Virus record (IMG/VR): IMGVR_UViG_3300031539_000005
Span: 1-64,000 of that record
Direction: 5' to 3' (one strand)
Length of the DNA: 64,000 nucleotides
Origin: a virus
Lineage: Duplodnaviria > Caudoviricetes
The position numbers and the translations under genes were made by a program. Of this stretch, positions 1-7,953 are shown piece by piece. The notes beneath the pieces were generated by a model that ran no database searches, was not told where the DNA came from, and worked only from the letters and a program-made list of their open reading frames with translations. The first letter of the stretch is position 1. Every line of letters starts with the position of its first letter.

Positions 1-236
1 CATCTTCTAGAAGTTCTTCTAGTTCATCTTCAAAGAGTAGTTCATCTTCTTCATCATCTTCAAGAAGTAGTTCATCTTCTTCTAGCTCTTCAAGAAGTTC
101 TTCAAGTTCATCTTCTAGAAGTTCTTCTAGTTCATCTTCAAAGAGTAGTTCATCTTCTTCAAGTTCTTCGAAAAGTTCTTCAAGTAGTAGTTCTAGTTTA
201 TCTTCATCTAGTTCTTCTAGAAGTTCTAGTTCTAGT
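1..236 (+). repeat. Low-complexity poly-Ser coding tract (TCT/TCA/AGT codons, periodic R/K)
   Basis: Direct reading of the sequence. Confidence 0.95.
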
Positions 237-1448
237 TGGCCTGGATACATGTTCCAGGATATTTATTATTTTGACGCTTATGATATTGGTGGAGAAGAAT
301 GGGAATCTGATCCAGAAGAAATGGTTGATGGAGATGAGGAAACACTTGCTTCTACAGTCACTGATGGGGATGTAGAACTATGTACGTCTAATACTTCGGG
401 CGGAATTGACTTAGGCGAAATATCCAAAGTAGAAATAAGAGCTTATGGTAATTCAAGTTCTGGAAACGCTACATATTTAAGACCAGTGTTTACAGGTGAC
501 GATGGAGATAATCATAATTCAGGACTTGGTGATTCTGGCGAATGGTCAAATTGGTTTGATATTACTTCCGACACTAACGCACCAGTTCCTTGGACTTGGA
601 CAGATTTAGATAATTTAGACTTGGATGTAGAGTTTAGTAAGAGCACAATCGGTGGCTCTAGTATAGGCATAATACAAATCAGGGTTACTTATTACTCAGA
701 TAGTAGCAGTAGTTCTTCTTCATCAAAATCATCAAGTTCATCAAGTTCTTCTAAAAGTTCAAGTTCCTCTAGTTCTTCAAGAAGTAGTTCTAGTTCATCT
801 TCTTCTCTATCCTCTAGTAGTAGTTCTTCTAGGAGTTCTTCAAGTTCATCTTCTTCAAGTTCTTCTAGCAGTTCTTCTTCTAGAAGTAGTTCATCTTCTT
901 CATCTTCATCAAGTTCGTCAAGAAGTAGTTCATCTTCTTCAAGTAGTTCATCGAGCAGTCGTTCTTCCAGTAGTTCTTCTTCTAGAAGTAGTTCATTTTC
1001 TTCAAGTTCTTCTAGCAGTTCTTCTTCTAGAAGTAGTTCATCTTCTTCTTCAAGAAGCAGTTCATCTTCTTCTAGCTCTTCAAGAAGCAGTTCATCTTCT
1101 TCTAGCTCTTCAAGAAGCAGTTCTTCCAGTAGTTCTTCTTCCAGAAGTAGTTCATCTTCTTCAAGTTCATTAAGTTCATCGAGTAGTTTTTCTTCTAAAA
1201 GCAGTTCTAGTTCTTCTTCATCTTCTAAAAGTTCTTCAAGTTCATCTTCTTCAAGTTCTTCTAGCAGTTCTTCTAAGAGTAGTTCAAGCAGCAGTTCTTC
1301 TAAGAGTAGTTCAAGCAGCAGTTCTTCTAAGAGCAGTTCATCTTCATCAACAAGCTTAGGAGCTCCTCATTTGATTTTAAAGGTTTCTAAGGGCAATGTG
1401 GAGTTTAAAGTACGAAAACAAACTGTGACAATAAAAGCAGAAAAGTAG
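3..1448 (+). CDS. Serine-rich virion-like protein, 5'-truncated (poly-Ser tract, ~150-aa beta-rich acidic domain, second poly-Ser tract, short basic C-terminus)
   Basis: The frame of ORF 249..1448 is open back to position 3 (TCT TCT AGA AGT ... TGG CCT GGA TAC ATG), so ATG 249 is internal. The globular domain (DLGEISKVEIRAY...WTWTDLDNLDL) lies between Ser tracts. Confidence 0.8.
   Translation, partial: SSRSSSSSSSKSSSSSSSSSRSSSSSSSSSRSSSSSSSRSSSSSSSKSSSSSSSSSKSSSSSSSSLSSSSSSRSSSSSWPGYMFQDIYYFDAYDIGGEEWESDPEEMVDGDEETLASTVTDGDVELCTSNTSGGIDLGEISKVEIRAYGNSSSGNATYLRPVFTGDDGDNHNSGLGDSGEWSNWFDITSDTNAPVPWTWTDLDNLDLDVEFSKSTIGGSSIGIIQIRVTYYSDSSSSSSSSKSSSSSSSSKSSSSSSSSRSSSSSSSSLSSSSSSSRSSSSSSSSSSSSSSSSRSSSSSSSSSSSSRSSSSSSSSSSSSRSSSSSSSRSSSFSSSSSSSSSSRSSSSSSSRSSSSSSSSSRSSSSSSSSSRSSSSSSSSSRSSSSSSSSLSSSSSFSSKSSSSSSSSSKSSSSSSSSSSSSSSSKSSSSSSSSKSSSSSSSSKSSSSSSTSLGAPHLILKVSKGNVEFKVRKQTVTIKAEK
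702..1350 (+). repeat. Low-complexity poly-Ser coding tract (~215 aa)
   Basis: Ser runs punctuated by R/K; mixed synonymous Ser codons. Confidence 0.95.
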
Positions 1449-1531
1449 GGTCTAAAGATTGTTGATGTTAGAAAGTCTTATATAATCCTTGACAACATAA
1501 AATAAAATTAATCTCAGTAAAGGAGAGTTAA

Positions 1532-4500
1532 ATGTCAAGTTCGATAAAGAAATTCATGCTGGAAAGAGCAAAAGATTTAAGCAATGTAGAAGAAATTAGA
1601 GGGAAAGTTCCAGACGAATGTGTGATTAGTATTAAATATAAAGACGGAAGTTTTCATCATCTTCTCCCTTATTCTCTTGACCCTGCCGAATTCGTTGAAG
1701 ATTTAGTTCTAACTGAAGATATTCCCTTAGATCTTTTAGACAAAAAAGAAAAGACAGAAACTCTTCGAGAACAAAAGCCACTCATTCTGAAAAACAGACA
1801 AGCTTTTGGAGATATCTTAATGTTTACCTGTATGCATTATGCATCTCCAATTTTTCTTTCTAATGGAGATAAAAAGTTAATTGGGACAATAGTCAATGCT
1901 AAAGAAGAATTAAGTGTTAAATCTTTCAATTTTGAAACAAAGAAAATTGAAGACAAAAAAATAACGGGTTGGATTAAAAATAATCACAAGAGTAAAGAGT
2001 GGTATTATCTTTCTTTTGAAGGAGCAGCTCTTGTAAATAATGGCCCAGAAGTTCTTGCTGGAGTTTTTCTAACAGGAGATCATGAAGTATTTACCAAAAG
2101 AGGAAAAGTTAGAGTTGATTCATTAGATTTTGCAGAAAAAATTCTCGTGGATGAAAGAATTCCAAACAAAAGGCAAAAAGAGGTCTTTTTTGGTTCTCTA
2201 CTTGGCGATTCATCTCTGGGGAAAACCAATGGTAGCTTCACTCAGACAAGGGGAATATTTAGCTTTGGTCATTGTAAAGCCCAAGAAGAGTGGGCATTGT
2301 TAAAAGCAAAATGTTTTGAAGATTTTAGATTCGATTTTTCTGAAAGAGAATCTAATGGGAACAGACAAAATAGAGTTGGTGGATATACTCATTCTAATCC
2401 ATTCTTCGGAATTCAGAGAAGATTATGGTATAGAGAAATCAATGGAATAGAAAAAAAAATAGTTCCCGATTTTTTATCTAAGGAAAATTTTTCAACATTA
2501 GCTCTTGTCACTTGGTATCTTGATGATGGCACATTTCAGAAATCAAGGGAGTCAGGAGCCACATTTTGCAGCGAAAGCTTTACGGAAGAAGAAAATGAAA
2601 AACTTGCAAAAATTATAATGGAAAGATTTAATATCAAAGCCAGAGTTATTTCTGGCGATAAGAATGAAAAAACTTACTATAGAATCTATATTGGAAATGG
2701 ACACGATAAATCAGGAGATTCTGATGAATTCTTTAAACTTATAGCTCCTTATGTTCCATTATCTATGAGATTCAAGATACCAAATAAGTTTAAAGATATA
2801 CCTTTTAATGCAAGCCTTTGGGATCTTGGAGATTCATTGCCCTATTATGCCGAGTCAATAGTTGAGAAAAAAAGTCCATCTTCAAACTATCAACTTGATA
2901 AATCATATTGTATTAGTGTTGAGGATAATGAAAATTTCATAGTGAACAAAATGGTTGTTTCTAACTGCGCGGTTAGGGATATGAAAAGAGTTTTCCCAAA
3001 GTGGCCGATCAATGTTGCTTCTACGGCAATGCATATCTGGGATAATAATCCTTATTTGGATAGGAGTTTAACTCCTGAAAATGCAGAAGTCCTAGAAATT
3101 GGCCCTAGCTATTTGACTAATGCTAGTAATCGCGATGATAGACATTTTGCTAACGCTTTTAGAATAAGCATTGAACAAAAACTCGGGATTCAAATTCCAC
3201 AAGGGCTAATCAAACCAGATATTTGGATGACACAGGAAGAGATTGATACTCCTCCTATTGTCAATCCTCCTTATTGGATTATTCTTGCTGGCGAAAAAGG
3301 AGATTGGACAGCTAAAACTTATCCCTTCAACAGATGGCAGGAATTTGTTGAAAAGTTTGAGAATATGACTTTTGTCCAAATTGGAGGATCAGAGCATAAA
3401 CATCCTCTCCTGAAAGGCCCTAATATAATTAATTTCATCGGAAAAACTCAGGATAGAAATACTGGAATAAGAGATTTGTTTAAGCTTTTTTATCGCGCAG
3501 AGGGATCGATAGGGCTTGTGAGTTTCCAGATGCATCTTGCTGCTGCTTTTGGAATGCCTTGCATTGTTATTGCTGGAGCTAGGGAACCTGCAAGATTCAC
3601 CAGATATCCTGGTCATCAATATCTCTGTACGGATGGATGTCTTCCATGCGCAGAGGAGAAAGCTTGTTGGCACTGTAATTTAGAGAAAACATGTCCAAAT
3701 ATTGAAGAAGGAACGGATGGGCGAAAATATCCTAAGTGTGTGGAAATTATTCATACAGAAGATCTAGAACGCGCTTTTATCCAATTTTATGATGGAGGTA
3801 GATTAAGTTGGGAAAAAACAAGGAAGCTTACTTTACCTAATCCTCCTGTAATGGAAACTATCATCCATGCAATTGCTAAACCTGTTTCTTCTGAAAAAGA
3901 GGAAGGAGTAGCCGTTGACTTTTCTCCAGAAAAATATGGATTTGCCTGGGGAGGATCTTCAATTACTAAAGCTGATTGGATTTTTATAAAACCTATTCTT
4001 GAAAAATATGAAGTAGAAACCATTCTTGAATTTGGAGCTGGTTTATCTACTTTATTATTTGCAAGTCTTGGAATTAGAGTTATTTCTTTTGAATTGGATA
4101 AAGATGCAAAAGGTTCATGGTCAGATATGATATCAAGAAATAATCCGAATATTGATATTAGGATTTGGGATGGGAAAGATCTCCAAGGGCCACTTCCTCA
4201 TTTTGATCTTGTTTTTGTCGATGGTCCATCTGGAAGTCAGAACCGAGAAAGGTCTATTCAGCTTTCTTCTGAAATGGCTGATCTTATAATAGTTCACGAT
4301 GGAGGCAGAAAGCTTGAAAGTAAATGGCAAGCAGAATATATTGCTCCAAAATTTGCTTATACGGAAAATGGCGGAACAAGATCTGCTTTTTGGGCAAAGA
4401 CAAAGCCAGAAGAAGAAGCAGAACCACAAATTGTTTTTTCTCCTGAAAGATTGGTGAAAATGGTTTTTAATGGCAGAGGAGAAGGTGGAGCAGAAAGTTC

Positions 4501-5449
4501 TACAACATGGCTAATGAATAACTTTGTGGCATTAGGATATGATGTGGAATATATCCATACTCATGAAAAGCCATCTGGTACTTTTAGGAAGCAAGGTAAT
4601 CCCAAAATAGTTACAACGAACGATTTGGATGCTCTGACAGGGCCGTGCGAGCTCCTAATTTTATATACTAATGATTGGGTGTGGGATTTTAATAAAGAAC
4701 CTTTAGTGGATAAATTTCAACTAATTCACGCTAAACGTAAAGTTATGATTATCAATTATAGATTGGGAAAGATAGGTAAGATTCCATGGACTCAGGGATG
4801 GGATAAATACTTGTTTCTTAATTCTTCTCTCGAACAAGCTTTTATGGAATCAATTACAGAAGCTGTCGGAAGCAGTTGGAAAGGACTTACGAACTCTCTT
4901 AGTCCCCCTACTCTCTTGAATAGTTTTTTCGGTTCTCAAATTGATTATTCAGGAAGACTTAGACTCATTAGGCATGGCAGTCAGGGAGATTCAAAATATC
5001 CCAAAGATTTTAATCATATAGTAAAAACAATTCTGGAAGAGATTCCAGGTTGCGAAATTCATCTAATGCCTCCTCCTACTTTTCTTGCAGATTTTGGTGA
5101 AAGAGTTAAAAGCTATAAGAGAAATCAACCTCCTGTTTGGGAATTCTTGGAGAAGGGAAACTGTTTTTGGTATGCCTTGCCTCCAGGATATACAGACATG
5201 GGGCCAAAAGTTATCATGGAAGCTCAGGCTGCTGGCTTGCCAATAATTGCAGATAATCATAGTGGTCCAAAAGACAGAGTTGTGAGCAAAACTGGAATTC
5301 TGTGTGAAGATTTGGACGATTATATAGATGCTATGAAACTTTTCGATAATGAAAATATAAGAAAGGAAACAGGAATTAGGGCCAGAGATCATGCAATGAA
5401 AGAATATGATCCGGAAAGATGGATTAAAGAAATTATAGGAAATGAATAA
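1532..5449 (+). CDS. Multidomain glycosyltransferase: GT9 (heptosyltransferase-like, intein-split) + class I SAM methyltransferase + GT-B (GT4-like) domain
   Basis: GT9 motifs FGDILMFT/CAVRDMK and VSFQMHLAAAFGMPCIVI; MTase motifs ILEFGAGLST and DLVFVDGP; GT4-like motif DMGPKVIMEAQAAGLPIIA; SD AAGGAG upstream. Confidence 0.8.
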   Translation: MSSSIKKFMLERAKDLSNVEEIRGKVPDECVISIKYKDGSFHHLLPYSLDPAEFVEDLVLTEDIPLDLLDKKEKTETLREQKPLILKNRQAFGDILMFTCMHYASPIFLSNGDKKLIGTIVNAKEELSVKSFNFETKKIEDKKITGWIKNNHKSKEWYYLSFEGAALVNNGPEVLAGVFLTGDHEVFTKRGKVRVDSLDFAEKILVDERIPNKRQKEVFFGSLLGDSSLGKTNGSFTQTRGIFSFGHCKAQEEWALLKAKCFEDFRFDFSERESNGNRQNRVGGYTHSNPFFGIQRRLWYREINGIEKKIVPDFLSKENFSTLALVTWYLDDGTFQKSRESGATFCSESFTEEENEKLAKIIMERFNIKARVISGDKNEKTYYRIYIGNGHDKSGDSDEFFKLIAPYVPLSMRFKIPNKFKDIPFNASLWDLGDSLPYYAESIVEKKSPSSNYQLDKSYCISVEDNENFIVNKMVVSNCAVRDMKRVFPKWPINVASTAMHIWDNNPYLDRSLTPENAEVLEIGPSYLTNASNRDDRHFANAFRISIEQKLGIQIPQGLIKPDIWMTQEEIDTPPIVNPPYWIILAGEKGDWTAKTYPFNRWQEFVEKFENMTFVQIGGSEHKHPLLKGPNIINFIGKTQDRNTGIRDLFKLFYRAEGSIGLVSFQMHLAAAFGMPCIVIAGAREPARFTRYPGHQYLCTDGCLPCAEEKACWHCNLEKTCPNIEEGTDGRKYPKCVEIIHTEDLERAFIQFYDGGRLSWEKTRKLTLPNPPVMETIIHAIAKPVSSEKEEGVAVDFSPEKYGFAWGGSSITKADWIFIKPILEKYEVETILEFGAGLSTLLFASLGIRVISFELDKDAKGSWSDMISRNNPNIDIRIWDGKDLQGPLPHFDLVFVDGPSGSQNRERSIQLSSEMADLIIVHDGGRKLESKWQAEYIAPKFAYTENGGTRSAFWAKTKPEEEAEPQIVFSPERLVKMVFNGRGEGGAESSTTWLMNNFVALGYDVEYIHTHEKPSGTFRKQGNPKIVTTNDLDALTGPCELLILYTNDWVWDFNKEPLVDKFQLIHAKRKVMIINYRLGKIGKIPWTQGWDKYLFLNSSLEQAFMESITEAVGSSWKGLTNSLSPPTLLNSFFGSQIDYSGRLRLIRHGSQGDSKYPKDFNHIVKTILEEIPGCEIHLMPPPTFLADFGERVKSYKRNQPPVWEFLEKGNCFWYALPPGYTDMGPKVIMEAQAAGLPIIADNHSGPKDRVVSKTGILCEDLDDYIDAMKLFDNENIRKETGIRARDHAMKEYDPERWIKEIIGNE
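1829..2965 (+). mobile_element. Intein (379 aa) with LAGLIDADG homing endonuclease
   Basis: N-terminal Cys (CMHYASPIFLSNG), block B LTGDHEVFT, LAGLIDADG-like FGSLLGDSS and TWYLDDG, block F/G YCISVEDNENFIVNKMVVSN followed by Cys+1. Removal restores GT9 GDILMFT-CAVRDMKR. Confidence 0.9.
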
Positions 5450-6471
5450 TGACTGAAGAAAAAAAAGTGTTCGTTAGAAATTGGGATGGGAATGGCGAAT
5501 TTGATCCTTGTTCCCTCTATAACTGGCGGCTAGGCTGGTTGGAAACAAGAGTGGCTCAACACCATAAAAGTGGAACAATCTTTCCTGATGATCAGTATCA
5601 GCGATGGTGGGATGAAGAAGAAAAAGTATATCAGAGTAACAAATTGTCTATGCAAAAGGTTGAAAAAATGAATGGCAAGGTTGGAATAATTGTTCCAGCT
5701 TGCTCTAATCATTTAAAGTTTTTGAAAGCTTGTCTTGAATCTTGTTCCGCAACGGGATATTATATTCTAGTTGCCTATGATAATCCTTTTTTTGACAAGA
5801 ATCACAAAACAGAATTGAGAATGCCTTCTGCTGAAACTTTTATGCTGGCAGATACCTTTTTAATGAAACATAAAACATGGGGAGGCGGAGTAGGAATTCC
5901 TCATGCCTGGAATATGTTCTATGGACTTAAGCTTTTACATTCTCTTGGATTTGAATATCTCTTTAATCTTAATGGGGATTGTATTTTGGAGAAGCCTGAA
6001 AATTTCCCAAAATTAATAGAGATGCTTGGAGATGCCGATATAATTGCTTGTGAATATATTCCAGAAAAGAAATATTGTGGAACTATGGCTTGGCTATGCA
6101 AAATGGAAATGGCTCTATCGGTTTGGACTTTATACATAGAAAAATTATATCACTTCAATATAGGAAATGCTGAACGTAGGATGGGTGAGTGGCTTTTTGA
6201 AAATAAAGCTAAAGTTGTCCCCGTTGTGAATCCGACAGAGGCCCATTTTAAACCACCTGGCTCTCAAGATGCTACTTTCAGAACTCTTTTGGGATTAAGA
6301 CATTTACATGCCGAACATAAAGTTCGGAAAACACTTAAGATGGAGCCCATTGAGAGAAAATATTTTGACTTTGGTCCTAATAATATTTTTATGAGCGGAT
6401 ATGATCAACAAACTCTTATGAAATATTGGGAAACAGGAGATCGTAAATTTCTAGAACAATGGTGGGGATAA
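5449..6471 (+). CDS. GT-A fold glycosyltransferase-like protein
   Basis: VGIIVPAC..HLKFLKACLES start of GT-A core; LFNLNGDCIL DxD-like motif. Confidence 0.6.
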   Translation: MTEEKKVFVRNWDGNGEFDPCSLYNWRLGWLETRVAQHHKSGTIFPDDQYQRWWDEEEKVYQSNKLSMQKVEKMNGKVGIIVPACSNHLKFLKACLESCSATGYYILVAYDNPFFDKNHKTELRMPSAETFMLADTFLMKHKTWGGGVGIPHAWNMFYGLKLLHSLGFEYLFNLNGDCILEKPENFPKLIEMLGDADIIACEYIPEKKYCGTMAWLCKMEMALSVWTLYIEKLYHFNIGNAERRMGEWLFENKAKVVPVVNPTEAHFKPPGSQDATFRTLLGLRHLHAEHKVRKTLKMEPIERKYFDFGPNNIFMSGYDQQTLMKYWETGDRKFLEQWWG

Positions 6472-6474
6472 TCA

Positions 6475-7413
6475 ATGGAAAGAAAAGTAAACTATTACAT
6501 GGATGAAATTGATCAGATTGTATCTGGACAAATTGTTTATCCTATAACTTGTGAAATTGATCCAAGTAATGCTTGCAATCTTCATTGTTCTTTTTGTATG
6601 TATGCGGATTATTTGAAAAATCACCGCGAAAAGATGTCTCTTAGTACCTTTTCCTATTTAATAAGCGATCTCTATAAATTGAAAGTAAGAAGCATTACTT
6701 TCACAGGAGGAGGTGAACCTCTCTTTCATCCTTTAATTAATGAAATGATTGACTTGGCTCATAATTTAGGATTTAAATTAGGATTAGTTACAAATGGGAC
6801 TTTTCTTCACAGACTTATTCATCCAGAATATTTTACTTTCATTCGGATTAGCATTGATTCTTATGACGAATCTTCTTACAGAAAGGTTAAGGGAAAGAAT
6901 TTATTTACAAAAGTTATCAGTAATGTAGAATATCTTATTTCCCTGGGCGTAACAGATGTGGGATTAAGCTATGTAATTTGTGAAGATAATTGTGCTGGTC
7001 TTGAAATAGCACAGAATATCGCTAATAGTCTCGGAGTGTCCTACATTCAGTTTAAGCCAGCTTGGACTAAGAATGGAACCTTTAAAATTGCCGATATAAA
7101 AAATTCTGAAGATAGGGCTATTGTTACTTCTCGTTATCCGGCTACTGATAATTTGCCTTGTCTTATTGCAGGATTGATAGGAATAATTGGTGCAGATGGA
7201 AAAGTTTATTTTTGTTGTCAATTTAGGGGAAATTCTGATTTTGTCTTGGGGGACTTGGCAGAAAACTCTTTTAGTGAGATTTGGCCTAGACGATATAAAA
7301 AAGGATATGATATATCAAAATGTCCTAGATGTAGATATCAAAACTACGCAATAGGATATAGAGAATTTAGTAAGCCTAAATACATTTTTCTTAGACATAT
7401 TGATTTTCTATAG
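6475..7413 (+). CDS. Radical SAM protein with C-terminal SPASM/twitch domain
   Basis: CNLHCSFC motif, FTGGGEP, LVTNG, C-terminal C...GKVYFCC...CPRC. Confidence 0.9.
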   Translation: MERKVNYYMDEIDQIVSGQIVYPITCEIDPSNACNLHCSFCMYADYLKNHREKMSLSTFSYLISDLYKLKVRSITFTGGGEPLFHPLINEMIDLAHNLGFKLGLVTNGTFLHRLIHPEYFTFIRISIDSYDESSYRKVKGKNLFTKVISNVEYLISLGVTDVGLSYVICEDNCAGLEIAQNIANSLGVSYIQFKPAWTKNGTFKIADIKNSEDRAIVTSRYPATDNLPCLIAGLIGIIGADGKVYFCCQFRGNSDFVLGDLAENSFSEIWPRRYKKGYDISKCPRCRYQNYAIGYREFSKPKYIFLRHIDFL

Positions 7414-7426
7414 AGGAGGAAGACTC

Positions 7427-7753
7427 ATGGCAACTGTAACTCCATCTAGTTTTACAAAACAGCCTTATGAAGAATTTGTTATAGAATTTAGGTTTGACCG
7501 ACGCTTAGATTCTGATGAGTTAATTACTGCAAAAATAGTCACTGCTGCTCTTGGCAATGTAGATGCAACATCGGATGTACTTGCCGGTTCTGGTTTAGAT
7601 TCTAGCTGTCAAAGAGTGGGTGTCGGAGTTAAGGCAGGAGTGACTGGTAATGACTATAAAATTTCTTGTAGAGTCACTACGGATAAAGTACTCCCAGACG
7701 GTTCTTTTTCCAAATACGAAGGAGATGTAATAATGGCCGTTAGGGAAATATAG
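7427..7753 (+). CDS. Small virion protein, fiber/tail adaptor-like
   Basis: SD GAGGAGG before ATG 7427 (better than the track start 7400); FTKQPYEEFVIEFRF...GVTGNDYKISCRVTT pattern. Confidence 0.55.
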   Translation: MATVTPSSFTKQPYEEFVIEFRFDRRLDSDELITAKIVTAALGNVDATSDVLAGSGLDSSCQRVGVGVKAGVTGNDYKISCRVTTDKVLPDGSFSKYEGDVIMAVREI

Positions 7754-7953
7754 ACTTTGTCCCTTTTGGAAAAATTTTTTTAAAAGTTTTGTCCCTCCGC
7801 TATTTAAGGCTTTTTTCTTGACTTTAAATGCGAGAGGGATTTTTTTTCTTGGTGATTTTAAATACTTATATTATCCTTTATTGTGTATTCTTATAGCTTT
7901 CGATTTCTTCTTTTACCTTATATAATATAGCATCTCGAAAGGGGGTGATTTAA

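Noticed and set aside
1-1350. Ser-tract repeats as a CRISPR array or non-coding satellite, or an antisense Glu/Leu-rich gene
   Set aside because: No constant repeat with unique spacers. The + frame is open and joins globular domains, and synonymous Ser codon mixing indicates coding on +.
1489-1520. TTGACA as a sigma70 -35 box
   Set aside because: No -10 hexamer at 16-18 bp; the TATAAT lies upstream of it.
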